Origin: Octopus vulgaris
Lineage: Eukaryota
Direction: 5' to 3'
DNA length: 64,000 bases
Assembly: GCA_951406725.2 (NCBI GenBank)
Contig: OX597815.1
Coordinates: forward strand, 172,980,001 to 173,044,000
Each line of letters begins with the position of its first letter. Positions within the stretch are counted from its first letter, which is position 1. The position numbers and the translations under genes are program-made. This document shows positions 1 to 14,308 of the stretch, piece by piece. The notes under the pieces are model-generated. The model had not been told where the DNA came from and did no database searches. It saw nothing but the letters and a program-made list of their open reading frames with translations.

Positions 1-33
<33 letters not shown>

Positions 34-77
34 TACATACATACATATATATATACACATATATACATATGTATATT

Positions 78-133
<56 letters not shown>

Positions 134-188
134 AATATATATATGTATATATGTGTATATATATATATATATATGTATGTATGCATGA

Positions 189-244
<56 letters not shown>

Positions 245-245
245 A
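1..245. repeat. (AT)n microsatellite
   Basis: Direct inspection. Confidence 0.95.
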
Positions 246-359
246 TCAGCTGAAATTGCAAGGATGATCCGGTTCTTGACTGAAGATTGAAGGTTTTGAA
301 TGACCCGTCCGTGTTTTTTGTATCGTCTTCTAAATGTTTTGCGTTCTTGCCCCAGTTTG

Positions 360-409
<50 letters not shown>

Positions 410-439
410 GTGGCGTATGTACCCTCTCTCTCTTATATA

Positions 440-955
440 TATAATAGAGGACCTGCCAAGCCAAGTGAAATCATAGCCATGGTAACCCAAGCTGGTGGCA
501 TGTAAAGAACACCTATTGGCATTGGGCTTCATGGAGGCAAAGTAGCTGAGTTCTTTTCCAGTGTTGGGCCTCATGGAAGCAATGTTACTGAGTTCCTTTT
601 GAGTGTTGGGCCTCAAGGAGGCAATGACCAAGACCTTTGGCATTATGTCATACTTGAGACGAAGACGCATCAAGTCGAGCAAAATTACAGTCATGGCAGA
701 TACCAGTGTCATGCAAATGACACCCATGCCAGTGGTATGTAAAAGCACCCTGGGGTCACATAAATACCATCTATGCCAGTGGTATGTAAAAGCACCCATT
801 ACATTCTCAGAGTGGTTGGCATTAGGAAGAGTATCCAGCCATAGAAAACGATGCCAAATTAGACTGGAGTCTGGTGCAGCCTTCCAGCATGCCAGCCCAG
901 TCAAACTGACCAGCCCATGCCAGCATGGACAACAGACATTAAATGATGATGATGG

Positions 956-986
<31 letters not shown>

Positions 987-1055
987 GATGATGAAGATGA
1001 TGATGGTGACGACGACGATGACGACGATGACGATGACGACGACGACGACGATGAT
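440..1055 (+). mobile_element. RTE 3'UTR/tail copy with expanded (GAT/GAC)n tail
   Basis: Same 3' end as 51250-51430 (GAGTGGTTGGCATTAGGAAG...CATGCCAGCATGG...TAAATGATGAT). Confidence 0.8.
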
Positions 1056-1644
1056 GATACAATTACACACACAGACACATGCACGCACATGCACACACAG
1101 AAACACACACAATCACATAGGTATATAGTCTGACTTATGTTCCAGTACATAACATTCTTGACCAGCTTGCATGAGTACATAATACACATAAATGATTGGC
1201 TTCATTTCACTATGGCAAGTCCTTGACGAACATGCTGTAAGTGAATTCAATTTTTCATTTCCCCTTGGAAACATATTCTCATATTGCTATTGCAAAAGTC
1301 ATGAACAACACAACCTTCTATTTCCTTTATTATACAATTGCTTTGAATATAATGGAGAACAGCTATAGTTATTTTATGCTTTGCTTGTCATTAGAATAGT
1401 ACAATTGCTTATGATTGCAATGTAGTATTTAATGCTATGCTATTATTTTTCTCCTTTTTCCACTGATATGTCTTAAGATCATATCAGCTGCAGTTTCTAG
1501 AGACAGACATCAACCTTAGTGACAGTACAAATAGCTGTGACAATAGACATACGCCTAGCTTAATGGTAGCTGCTTGTAGCTTTCTCTACTCTAATAAGAA
1601 TGTTACTAAACTCATGGTACTGTAAACAAAGTTGATTGCTATAT

Positions 1645-1701
1645 ATACATGCATACATACAGTATATATACATGTGTGTGTGTGTACATATGTAAATATT
1701 G

Positions 1702-1755
<54 letters not shown>

Positions 1756-2302
1756 TTAGATAGATATGCATATGTAATTGTATATAGGTGTGTATGTGTG
1801 TGTGTGTGTGTATGTATATACATACATATCTTCATCTTCATCATCATCATTATCAATATCATTTTTACATCCATTTTCCCATTATGTATTTACACACACA
1901 CATATGTACATATATGTATGTATGTATGTTTATATATATGCATGTAAGTATGTGTGTACATACATATGTATGTACATACACATGTACATACATATATTTA
2001 TATACATATATACACATATATATAGACATACATACACACATACATATACATATACATGCACATACATACATACATACATACATTCATACATACATACATA
2101 CATACATACATACATACATACATACATACATACATTCATACATACATACATACATACGTACTTACATACATACATACATACATTCATACATACATACATA
2201 CATACATACATACATACATACATACATACATACATACATACATACATACTTACATACATACATGCATACATACATACATACATACACACATACATACATA
2301 CA

Positions 2303-2352
<50 letters not shown>

Positions 2353-2395
2353 TACATACACATACATACATACATACATACATACATACATACAC
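1645..2395. repeat. compound (GATA)n/(TG)n/(TACA)n microsatellites
   Basis: Direct inspection. Confidence 0.95.
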
Positions 2396-3474
2396 GAAAC
2401 ATTCTGCTTCTGGCAGTATGGGTTTTTCTTTGCTTTTTTTTTATTTTGTGTTTTTGCTTGAATTTTGTTTTGTTTTATGTCATGTAATAGAATCTGACAT
2501 GTATTTTCTTCTGGCTTCACACAACAAAACACTCAATAATATTGATTTGCTGGCATTAATAGTGCAAATGGCACTTGCAGTAACAGACATGCTCATCTGT
2601 TACCAAATAACACATCTGAAGTCAAACTCTTTAAGAGATGGTTGTATATACACAAAGATGATATATTTCATCCCTTCATGAACACTTTTTAATTTGCATT
2701 TAAATATGCATAATTCGTATGAGGAATATAATTATATCCATGAAGTAGAATGCAGCAATTGCTAATCCTTCTAATCTATTTATATATTTTCAGGTCTTCT
2801 CATTCACACACACACACACACACACACATCAAACTCATCTTTATCATCATCATCATCATCACCATCATCGTCGTTGTCATCATTGTCGTCGCCGTCATCA
2901 TCATTATAGTTGCTGTCTTCATTGCTTTCATCTTGTTAATGGTGATGGGATAACAATAATGTCACCATTGGTGATAACAGTACCAATGGCAATAATGAAG
3001 AGAGAAAGAGAGTGAACAATGATGATAATTAAATATTTATAGTGTATAATGGATAAGGATCTGTCACATGACTCATTACTGCTGGCTTCCAGACGACTAA
3101 ATCTTAATTTGTTAAAATTATCTCCCCCTTTTTCTTTGTGAGTTTCTAACAATTTCCATTAGGATTTTGTTTTCTTTCTCCAAGAGTGAAACAGCAATTC
3201 ATTAAGAATTTTTTGCATACATCATTCATATAATCTTATTTAATTTCTCTTAACCTATGCCCCTGTCTAATTTGTGTTATTGTTCTTAGCTCAATTTTGC
3301 TTAATTTTTATAAGTTGCACAAAATCTTTTATAGAATAAATTTTGATTTGAAAGTTATTTGTTCTCAGTTACAAAAAGCAAGACTTTTCCTTTTAGTTTT
3401 GAATACTGTCACTGAAAAAAGCCTTTTGAGTAGATTTAATAGACAGAAAGATGGAAATTGAAAGCAAGCAGCCC

Positions 3475-3531
<57 letters not shown>

Positions 3532-4124
3532 CTGAATTTGTACCCCACCACTGCTTGACAACTGGTGTTGATGTGCTTATACCCATGTAACTAGTGGTTC
3601 AGCAAAACAGATCGATAGAATAACCACCCGGCTTAAAAGAAAAAAGTACTGGGGTTGATTCAGTCGACTAAAAATTCTCCAAGTGGTACTTTAACATGGC
3701 CAAAGTCTAATGACTAAAACAATTAAAAGATAAAAGGCATATATGTGTGTATGTGTGTGGTAAAGATGTGGGTTTCCAATGCAGAGGATTTGCAAAGACC
3801 AGAAAGAAATAAAGTAAGTATGCTTCACTGAGTATGTAATTATCAGTGTACCTATATGGCAGAGTAAGAATGATCTGAAGGAGAAACTGAGTATAAGATG
3901 AAATCATCTGCAGTGTGCATGAAAAATAAACTTGATGTATACTTAGAATAAAGTTGTAGGGACAAACTGAAAACAAATTAACCATTTATTATTTCAAAAC
4001 ATTTGACAAAAATACCATCCCATAAACTTTTTATCATAATGCTGAAAGATTCTGTACATAGTGGTAGAATAGCTTCATTTTTTAAAAAAATACAAACTAT
4101 TTAGAAGATAGCCTGTTGATTTAA

Positions 4125-4125
<1 letters not shown>

Positions 4126-4195
<70 letters not shown>

Positions 4196-4254
4196 GAGAA
4201 GAAGAAGAAGAAGAAGAAGAAGAAGAAGAAGAAGAAGAAGAAGAAGAAGAAGAA
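4126..4254. repeat. (AAT)n(GAA)n microsatellite
   Basis: Direct inspection. Confidence 0.95.
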
Positions 4255-4525
4255 AATGATAAATATACTAATAATAGAACAAGGTGAATTGGTTCTTATC
4301 AAGGCCAAGGTCAGTTCTTTTCAAGGCCAAGGTAAGTTCTTTTCAAGACCAAGGCCAAGGTCAGTGCTATCATTGATCACTAATAGTAAACACATTTGAC
4401 CTCTGCTGACCCCAAGTGTGTGAGGCCTCTTCAACCCTTACATATTTATGATTATCTCAAGTACAAGACAAAAGTTAAAGCTAAACAACATTTTAATAAT
4501 AATTGAAAATAAAAATAAAAATAAA

Positions 4526-4573
<48 letters not shown>

Positions 4574-4699
4574 TTAGCCAAAACTCATGTCAGATCAGAG
4601 GAAATATTAACAATGACAAATAGTAAAAAAATGAAAATAATAATGTCAGTGATGATAATAATAATAATAATGAAAGGAAGTGGTTGGCATCTCCCCATG

Positions 4700-5345
4700 T
4701 CCTGATTGATGATACATCTAGTGATGGTATCACGATAAAAACACTGGTAATTGTGCAACCTGATAATCACGACCTCATATGAGTGACAATGAAAAAAGAA
4801 AATATTGTGAATAACGGTGGTAATGAAACTGAAGTCCTTGATGGTGACAGTGTTGCACTCGGCAGGCTCAAAGATACTGGTCCGACTCCAGCCGTCGTTA
4901 TCCAGCAAGGGACCAGCACACATGGTGTAGGTGGAACAAACAAGTCAATGCTGTGGTCATGGAGAGTTACTACCTGAGCAACCCTGTAGATGAAAATGGT
5001 GTTCATATTAAGGGATACCAACAACATATGTATGATCAATGGAGAGAAAGAGGATTGCTTCAACTCAGGGAACAGAAAATGAAGAAGGTGAGGATAGTGC
5101 CAATTATTGGTGGGTCCTTGGGGACAGTATCAGAAGGTATCAAGAGGAATATAAAGGAAATTGGAATAGAGTGCCCAGTAGAACTGTTACAAAAGTTTGC
5201 CCCCTTAGCATGGCCAGAATAATAGAAAAGTATTAGATAGCTGAAAAGAACGGATAGCATGGTACCGTAAGCAGCAAGTAGCAACTGTTATACATGCAAG
5301 CCTCCAGGAGTGCAAATAAAATCTGTGATAAAAAGAAATAACAAT
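4700..5345 (+). mobile_element. R4/Dong-type 3' fragment between (AAT)n arrays
   Basis: KVRIVPIIGGSLGTVSEG...PVELLQK. Confidence 0.6.
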
Positions 5346-5346
5346 C

Positions 5347-5395
<49 letters not shown>

Positions 5396-5608
5396 TAATA
5401 ATAATAATAATGGGTCCCAAATTTTAGCACAAGGCCAGCAATTTCAGGGGAGGAACTAGGTCAGGGAGGGGCATCGACCCCAGTGTTCAACTGGTACTTA
5501 TTTTTTCACTCCAGAAAGGATGAAAGGCAAAGTCTACCTCAGCGGAATTTTGAACTCAGAACATAAAGATGGATGAAATGCCACTAAACATTTTGCCCAT
5601 CTTTACAT

Positions 5609-5654
<46 letters not shown>

Positions 5655-5655
<1 letters not shown>

Positions 5656-6130
5656 ACGTATTGTATACAGTGCTCAGGTGCACTACAACTCATTAGAATA
5701 GGTAACCAAGAGTAACATGTGCAGTACACAGAATAATGCATGAAAAGTCAGGAAAGTGAACAGTGAGTCAAAAAAAAGGAACTTCAAGTGCAGTGTTGGC
5801 AAATTTCAAGAAATATGGAAGTTTTGAAGGAGGTAATATCCTGTCAGCTAACAACTGATGTAGATAGATTATTTCATGCTTCAGCAATTCCGAACAAGAA
5901 AATATGTTCCTGAAAGTCATGGATGCTGTGCTGTTTTATGATTTTGTAAGCATGAACAAAACCTAAGAGCTGGGGAAATTAGATTTAGACAGCAATACTT
6001 TTACAAAAGAATTGTTGGAGGCTGACAGCTATTTGTTGATACTTACCCCAATAAAGACAGCCAGTTGTCACTCATGTGAAAGCATGACTTGTGGACATGT
6101 AACATACTTTTATGAACTGTTTTAGGTGTC
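5655..6130 (-). mobile_element. degenerate LINE 3' fragment
   Basis: Reverse strand with C-terminal RT-region-like remnants next to a (TTA)n tail. Confidence 0.35.
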
Positions 6131-7063
6131 TATGTAGCCAACAATGGACATAGACATCCTCTCAGCCTCTTTGTTCTTGACCCAGGATATGAGAACTGGA
6201 GCAAGAGAAAAAGAGAGATCTGTACCAATACCTAAATGATACTGGTTACAGCTGAGTAAACCAGAGCAATGGGAAATGAAGCGCCTTACTCAAGGACAGA
6301 ATGTGCTACCTCGTCCTAGAATTGAGGCCTGAACTTTATGATCACGAGCTGAACAACTATAATCACTAGACTATATCTTCACTACTTAATACTATATTAA
6401 TAGAAACATTTAAAGATTTTACATTCACCAGATGGCAAATATACTCTGTCTGGACAGATCTAATTAATGTATTTAGCAAAGTATACCACATTCATTAAAT
6501 CTATATACTCAATCATTACATCATTACAACTTCTATTAGCAATTGATAAACTACATTTAGCAATTGATAACTTAAAGAGAGTGCAAAAATAATGATCAGA
6601 ATATTTATTAAGTAATGATCTGGAGACAAAATAATTCTTCTTTAGGATTTATTTATTACAAAGATATCCAAGATAATTTTAGACCTTATATATACATTAT
6701 CTATAGTCTAGCTCAAAAATTATTTTTCCATTCCTTGTCTGTCTATATCAGATAAAATGTCTCCTGACACGTTTCATTTAAAGTATAAATGCAGAATAAA
6801 GACAAGTAGATAGTAAACTTATGAATTTTCCTAATCATTGGAAATGTAATTGTGATTTCCAATGAGATCAAGTATATAGGTGAAAATAAATTAAACAGTC
6901 ACTTGGACACAAAACTTGATCATGACAAACAAATGATACCATGAAATACGGGATTTGTATTTTGTTTAATATTTCTGTTATGGTTATATACATACAGGAT
7001 AGAAATCCCTTAAACCCAGTATTGATGAGATCACCCATACAAAGGAGAACTCAATATATTTAA

Positions 7064-7274
7064 CCCTTTAGTATTTAAACTAGCCATATCCAGCCCAAAT
7101 ATTCTACCTGTTTTATATTCACACTGGCCAGATCCAGCCTTTCATACTTAGCCTACTATGTCATTTTGAAAATAAACAATTGGATCATCGAAATCTTGAA
7201 GCTACAAGATTACGCATGATTAATTCAAAACAATACAACTATACATTTGACAGAGTAATCTTAAAGTTAAAGGG
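7064..7274. mobile_element. piggyBac-type MITE
   Basis: TTAA-CCCTTTA...TAAAGGG-TTAA. Degenerate relative at about 35068-35283. Confidence 0.85.
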
Positions 7275-7321
7275 TTAAACATGGAACGTTTATATAAGAA
7301 TATATGTATATGAGAGAGTGC

Positions 7322-7389
<68 letters not shown>

Positions 7390-7640
7390 ACATATATATA
7401 TATATATTTTTTTATTTATGATGAGGGTATTACAATACATAAATGCCAGGCACTAGGAGGGACTCTTAAAATCAAAACTACCAAAATAAATAAACACATA
7501 GTATCGAATACAAGGGAATGCAACTCTCGAAGCGAGCCTTTTAAAAACAGAATTCAGCTGCATATCACATGATTTCATAATTAGTGCACAAATGCACTTT
7601 TTAATCCTCATTTTTAAATATACATATATATATATATATA

Positions 7641-8156
7641 TACATAAATTATTAGAGAGTTACCACTATGTGGATAGCTCTAGTGCTAAAAATAGCTCCG
7701 ATAGTATACGTTTCCAATGAGTCTTAGCATGCTTTTCGCGGGGAATTTGAGGCATAACTAAAAATGCAATTGGTTAAACCGCACGTGTATTTGACGCTTG
7801 TGTAAGTCTAATAAATTGTATTTAAGACAAACCTCTGCTGATGATTTATAGATGTCTATGTAAGTAAAATTACATATTACATTAGTAATGAAACAATTTG
7901 TTCAGGGTCAATCTATTTATTCGTTATGTTTCACTTTCCTTCCGTTAAATGTAATGTTATTTCTAATTGGAAACATCTTTTCTGTGGCTATACTATCAGA
8001 GCTATTTTTAGCACTAGAGCTATCCACATAGTGGTAACTCTCTAATAATTTATGTATAAATTTGTATTTTCTCCCTAGTTTTTTGTGCTAAGCCACTTGG
8101 TGTTAAATTAATGGTATTATTAAATTAATATCAATTTTTCACCCTCATTTATAAAT
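7641..8156 (+). mobile_element. Penelope-like non-coding fragment with a partial inverted duplication, in (AT)n
   Basis: 68-bp inverted repeat 7641-7708 vs 7989-8056 (1 mismatch) enclosing a hammerhead motif; (AT)n flanks. Confidence 0.6.
7831..7908 (+). ncRNA. type I hammerhead ribozyme motif
   Basis: Stem I CTCTG/CAGGG; CTGATGA 7838-7844; long stem II with TATGTAA/TTACATA hairpin; GAAAC-AATTT-GTT 7890-7902 (GUU triplet). Confidence 0.65.
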
Positions 8157-8627
8157 ATATATATATATATATATATATTAGTAATAGAAGCAGTACTGGT
8201 TCAAAGTAGAAGTCAGTATATCCAACTTAATGTGGATATGCTGCTGAAAGCTACAAACTACAGTATTCATTTTGAGAAAGCTTCTTGTACAGATTTATGA
8301 TGCTAAATAAGTTCAGATGTTTGTCAGCACCAGACAAAAGCATCCAGCAATCGTGGTAGAATTGTTAAATCATAATGTCTGTCTTTGCATGTCATCAGTA
8401 GCAAGTATCCACTCTCAACTGCATGCTTTGACAAATTTAGCTTCTACTAATATAGAAAAATAGTGATTAACAAAATTCATTATTCATCATTAGCAATGGA
8501 AGCAGTATTGGTCCAGAATAGCATTTGGTATATGTTACTTAATATGAATGTACTATCAAAGGCCACAAAACTAGTTTACATGGGAAAACTTCTTGTGTAG
8601 ATGAATACTGTAGTTTTGTGACTTTTG

Positions 8628-8730
<103 letters not shown>

Positions 8731-8967
8731 ATTGACAAATTCAAGCATAGGCATGGCTGGGTTGAGGAGCTAGTAGTAGTAGTAGTTTTGGATTGGCAGA
8801 TTCAAGCATAAGCATGGCTGTGTGGGTAAGAGGCTTGCTTCCCAACTACATGGTTTCGAGTTCAATCCCACTACATGGTACCTTGGGAAAGCCTTATACT
8901 ATAACCTTTGGCCAGCCATAGCCTTGTGGGTGAATTTGGTCAGCAGAAGTTCTGTCATGTGTATATG

Positions 8968-9211
8968 TCGTATCATGAAAATTGTTCGAAAACAATTATT
9001 CGAAAAACAGTTATTTGAACTAAATATCATTTGTGTTCTTGATTTTTAATTTTATCATTTTTGTTTAAATAAAATAAAAAATTTAGAATAATTAGCATTT
9101 CGTATAATTGTCTTTTTGAATAATTTTCATTCATACAATTTTCCATTTGAATAAATGTTTTTCGAATAATTGTTTTCGAACAATTATTTTTTAACAATGT
9201 TCACATAATCG
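8968..9211. mobile_element. MITE-like element with repetitive subterminal inverted units
   Basis: AATTGTTCGAAAACAATTATTCGAAAAACA (about 8979-9009) is inverted at about 9156-9186. Confidence 0.55.
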
Positions 9212-9214
9212 TAT

Positions 9215-9705
9215 ATCATCATCATCATCATCATCATTGTTTAACGTCTGCTTTCCATGCTAGCATGGGTTGGACGATTTGACTGAAGTCTGGCGAACCA
9301 GATGGCTGCACCAGACTCCCATCTGATCTGGCAGAGATTCTACAGCTGGATGCCCTTTCTAATGCCTAACACTCCGAGAGTTAGTGGGTGCTTTTACGTG
9401 CCACCGGCACGAGGGCCAGTCAGGTGGTACTGGCAACAGCCATGCCCAAATGGTGCTTTTTATGTGCCACCTGCACAGGAGCCAGTCCAGCAGCACTGGC
9501 AACGACCTTGCTTGAATGTTTTTTCACGTGCCACCAGCACAAGTGCCAGTAAGGCAGCGCAGGTAACGATCACACTCGAATGGTACTTTATACATGCCAC
9601 CAGCACGGAGGCCAGTTTGTTGCTCTGGCAACAATCATGCTCGTATGGTACTCTTAGTGCTCCACTGGCATGGATGCCAGTCATCGAATTTGATTTCGAT
9701 TTCGA
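9215..9705 (-). mobile_element. RTE 3'UTR/tail copy
   Basis: Reverse complement of the same tail, with internal GTGCCACCAGCAC repeats. Further copies at about 11618-11935(-), 29890-30326(+), 33110-33330(+), 38640-38970(+), 45327-45510(+), 47760-47985(+), 59238-59420(-). Confidence 0.8.
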
Positions 9706-9947
9706 TTTGTATATGTATGTGCGAAAGTGTTTCTGCCTCCTTTGATTAGAGCACAGGACAAAATACCATGCAATATCTGTTTCTGTTCTTTACCTTTAGA
9801 GTTTAAATTTTTCCTAGGTCAATGTTGTTTTTCATCCTTCCATGGGTGTGGTTGATAAAATCTAACTCCAGTGAAGTACTGAGGCTAAATCTCATCAACT
9901 GACCTTTTCCTTCAAAATTATTGAACTTATACCTAAATTAGAAATTG

Positions 9948-10152
9948 TCATCATCATCATCATCATCATTATCATCACTGTCGTTGTTGTAATTGTCATC
10001 ACCATTGACATCACCATTGTCATCATTATTGTCATCATCATCATCATCATCACCACCACCACCACCACAACCACCACCATCATCATCATCAACATCATTG
10101 TTATCATTGTCACCATCTTCACCAACACCAACACCACCATCATCATCATCAC
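9948..10152. repeat. degenerate (CAT/CAC)n repeat
   Basis: Direct inspection. Confidence 0.9.
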
Positions 10153-11939
10153 TATGTGCATGCATGTGTTTATTCCATAACACTGTATTGATTCCTAGTT
10201 GAAAGTGTTGCACTTTATTTATACACTACTTGTGGTTTTGGGAAAAGGATGAATGCTGCTATGCTTTTTCTCTCTTCAATGAGTTCAGTAAAGCAAATTA
10301 CCTATTAGACCATAGTTCTGATGTTAAAAGTCAAGTGGAATAGCAGTTATTTGATGTTTGACTCTTGTACTTCATGCCTGTGAAAAAATCACATGAATAT
10401 AGTTATATATATTTATGAGTATTTGTGCATGTCTATGTGAGTGTGTGTTAGTGTATTTGTGTATTTGTTAGTGTATTTGTGTATTTGTGTATTTGTGTGT
10501 GGAGGCTGGTTTATGTGTATGTGCATGCATTTATTTGATTTTGCATGTATGTGTGTGAGTGTGTGTATGTGTGTGTATTTATGTATTATAGAGACACTAT
10601 CTATCTATGTTGCTCTGTTTACTCCACTTGCTTCATTTTCTTCTTTTTAAAGTTGGCCTACATTTCCCCTTCCCATTTTCATCCTAAGTCTATAACTCTC
10701 CAGTTTTCTCCTTTACACAGAATAACTTCAACATCCAAACTATCCCACCTGGTAGCCTATTTAAACTTCAACACATCCTTTTGATTTACGAAGTGTATTC
10801 AGCATTTCATAGTCACTTACTTTCTCAGTAGCCTTCTTGCTCTACCTACCTATTCAAACAACATTTTTTTCTTATGATGATTTTATATATTTCTAAAATA
10901 TATATAAACATTCAACTTACTTGTTAATTAAAAAAAAAAAAAAAGAAATCTGTAGAATTAAACTAAAATAAATAAGTAAATGAATAAAAAATAAGATAGC
11001 TCCATAAATGGCAAAATGCTTTGCTTGAAAATACCTGAATCACAAGAAGAGGATGAACTATAGGGTTCCTAGGATAGTCAGCTACCCACTCGCACATGCT
11101 TCACAAGCAGCCTTCCAGTGATATCATTGTCAGAATCACTTTGCTAAATAATCAACATCATTATTAGGAAATTGAATTAATACATCTCGTGAATAAATAA
11201 TATATTTACATTAAAATTATGAGGCTATGAAGAAACAGGTATGTAGTCTGTGTATGTTAAAAGGACTAGAGTGGTAGCTGTCAGTACAGATATCCCCCAC
11301 ATTGCATTCCTGAAAATCTTCATGTAACATGGAATTCTGTAACGCAAAATATATTTCCTGTTGATTAACATGTCACATGCAAGTCAAGGGTGCTTTTGCG
11401 TTCTGGAATTTCATATTACGGAAAGATTTTCATAAATGCAACATTTCCATAATGAATGGTATGCCTCTGGCTGCTTTTTTTAAAAATATATTTTGGGTTT
11501 TTTGTGTGTATAATACGTTTTTACACTTTGATATAGCTCTACCATTGTGAGCTGAGGTTGAAAATAAGCTACATCTATGAAATTAAGAAAAAATGCAAAT
11601 ATATATATATACATATATCATCATCATCGTCGTCATTGTCGTCATTTAGCATCTGCTTTCCATGCTGGCATGGGTCGGACAGTTTGACTGAGGGCTGGCA
11701 AGCCAGAAGGCTGCACCAGGCTCCAATCTGAACTGGCAAAATTCCTACAGCTGGATGCCTTTCCTAATGCCGACCACTCTGAGAGTGTAGTGGGTACTTT
11801 TTATGTGCCACCAGTGTAAGGTCCAGTTGGGTGGTACTGGCATCGACCACGCTTGAATGGTGCTTTTTATATACCACCAGCACAGGAGCCAGTCAGGTGG
11901 CACTGGCAACAATCACACTCGAATGGTGCTTTTTACCTA

Positions 11940-12410
11940 TGTGAATTAAGAGTATTGCCGTCTGGGAGATATCTTATGGTAGAGGAATAGTATTTAACTG
12001 CTATTTCTAAATTTCGGTATGTGATGAAGCAATTTGCTGAATCCTAATTATAATTATGCTTATAATTATAGAATTTTTGTATAAGGTTACCGATAAAGGT
12101 TCATTTAACATACCAAACTACTTGGTAAAATTATTAATTATTAATTAATTAATTGATTTTACCCTTTATTATTATCGAAAATATAATTCACTCCCTGATA
12201 GTAAACTGCGTTTTCTGCGGGATTGCTCATAACACGCGTGAGTGATTGGGGAAGAATGCATGCTCTCACTCATCTGTATAAATTCGGAAGTGCTGGTTTT
12301 TGGATATTAGCTATTCGATGTTGCTTGGTCGAATATGTATTTAATTATTAGTACTTTCAAATTTACAATTGAAATACTACACTGAAGATGGAAATAAGCA
12401 AGTAAAAATA
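11940..12410. mobile_element. probable Penelope-like non-coding fragment
   Basis: CpG-containing insert similar in style to the other such pieces. It ends just after a CTGAAGA at about 12382 with no GAAA-UH partner. Confidence 0.3.
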
Positions 12411-12469
12411 AAAAAAATTTACATCTCTTTAATTCTTGTAGAGCATACATATTTTCTGCCTTCCAATCT

Positions 12470-12867
12470 TTTACCTTATACTTGTTCCAGTCAGTGGACC
12501 GTGGCCATGCTGAGACATTGCTTTGAAGAAATTTTAGTCAAATGAATCAACCCCAGTACTTTTTTAAGCCTAGTACATATTCTGTCAGTCTCTTTTGCCA
12601 AACTGCTAGGTTACAGGTACGTAACCACACCAAGACCAGTTGTCAAGTGGTGGTGGGGGACAAACACAGACACACACACACATAGATGTATATATACATA
12701 TATATATGACTGGCTTCTTTCAGTTTCTGTTTACTAATACCACTCACAAGACTTTGGTTGGCCCAAGGCTATAGTAGACATTTGCCCAAGATGCCGCACA
12801 CTGGAACTGAACCCAGAACCATACGATTAGGAAGCAAGCTTCTTACCACACAGTCACATAGCCATGC

Positions 12868-12870
<3 letters not shown>
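12470..12870 (-). mobile_element. SINE family A
   Basis: Reverse-complement copy. Others at about 27781-28178(-), 30610-31055(-), 27613-27780(+), 8813-8960(+), 41090-41310(-), 36150-36305(-). Confidence 0.85.
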
Positions 12871-12903
<33 letters not shown>

Positions 12904-12904
12904 A

Positions 12905-13560
12905 TAGATTAGATAAGTTACTTAGATATGTTTCAACCAAAGATTGGGCATGTCTAACTTAATAGCACCACCTGATAGGATTAGCTAAAACCTTTTTAAG
13001 CCAAGTTTTGTAGTATCATGGTCCATTCAAGTGGGGAGTTCTTGTTGAGTGAGTTGTATCTAGGTATAGGTGGCTTATCTGGTATTCATTAAAGAAATTT
13101 GTCCAGATTCTGTTTAAAGGTGATGGGATCCTTTTCCTCTTTGAACTGTTTCAATACAATGTTAAATAGGGCAGAGCCGGTTGAGGAAAAGAAATTGTGT
13201 TGCAGTTTATTTATGTGTTGTGATCCTGGATTGGGTTGGGGACATATGGCCCATTGTCCTAGTCATGTCCTTAATTCTTTTAGTGAATGTCCTCTGGGGT
13301 GATTCAATTTTCAGAATGTTTTGTTTTGTATGGAGAGACCATGGAAGGGCAGCAGTATTCGAGATGTGGCCATAGAAAGGAGCAGAAAAGAGGAATGATG
13401 ACACCTTGTTCTCTGGACTAGAAGATTCTTAGGATCCAGGAGTTCATCCTATGAGCTACATTGCCCTTATTGTTGATGTGGGTACTCCAGCTAAGATCGT
13501 TGTCAACAATTACTCCTAGGTCTCTGATATTATTAGATGCTGTGAGTGTTTCCCCTGAAG
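12905..13560 (-). mobile_element. CR1/L2-group LINE 3' fragment
   Basis: HNFFSSTGSALFNIV...DPITFKQNLDKFL C-terminal motif. Confidence 0.65.
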
Positions 13561-13569
13561 GAAGAGAGT

Positions 13570-13590
13570 ATGTATATACATATATCTATA

Positions 13591-13624
<34 letters not shown>

Positions 13625-13704
13625 ATAGTTATCGCCATACGATGTAGACTTAGTAATTTTAATATTTCTATTATATATACATATATACATATATATACAT
13701 ATAT

Positions 13705-13775
<71 letters not shown>
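13570..13775. repeat. (AT)n array with a short insert
   Basis: Direct inspection. Confidence 0.9.
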
Positions 13776-13779
<4 letters not shown>

Positions 13780-13976
13780 TAAAATGTTTAAGTAGTTGAA
13801 TGAATTATCCTAGTATGGATAATTCGGTTAACCGATACCCGGTAGCAAATTTACGTCAGAAAGCACGGTTGAAGCTACATGCCAAGGGCAGAAATCACGT
13901 GCTTTCATGTGGAAATTTGTGTGTTTTTTTACTATAGATAAATGAAAGAATGGAGTCGAACGACGATTTAACAAAA

Positions 13977-14075
13977 TTCCTTTATTCTCGACACATGTTT
14001 CGAAGACTGCATATTCTCAATTCCGAAGGAATAAAGGGTGCATTATGCCGTCTTCTCATCAGGAAAGACAAGGAA
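13977..14075 (-). ncRNA. type I hammerhead ribozyme (mirror copy)
   Basis: Reverse-complement copy of 14177-14275 in the left arm of the inverted repeat. Confidence 0.85.
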
Positions 14076-14176
14076 CTTATGTCAGCATCAAGACGAACAA
14101 AAACTTTTAGATGACTGCTATGGACTCCGTGTGGCAGTCATCTAAAAGTTTTTGTTCGTCTTGATGCTGACATATG

Positions 14177-14275
14177 TTCCTTGTCTTTCCTGATGAGAAG
14201 ACGGCATAATGCACCCTTTATTCCTTCGGAATTGAGAATATGCAGTCTTCGAAACATGTGTCGAGAATAAAGGAA
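14177..14275 (+). ncRNA. type I hammerhead ribozyme (intact core)
   Basis: Stem I TTCCTT..TTTC/GAGA..AAGGAA; CTGATGA 14190-14196; stem II GAAGAC/GTCTTC extended by GCATA/TATGC; GAAAC-ATGT-GTC 14251-14262, with predicted cleavage after C14262. Confidence 0.85.
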
Positions 14276-14308
14276 TTTTGTTAAATCGTCGTTCAACTCC
14301 ATTCTTTC

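Noticed and set aside
246-365. GAAA...CTGAAGA in an insert between (AT)n tracts, as a type II hammerhead
   Set aside because: Stems I and III and a cleavage triplet could not be formed; probably a TE fragment.
31-2681. Long ORFs rich in YI, HTYI, poly-D/S or VCMY
   Set aside because: Translations of microsatellites and an RTE 3'UTR, not genes.
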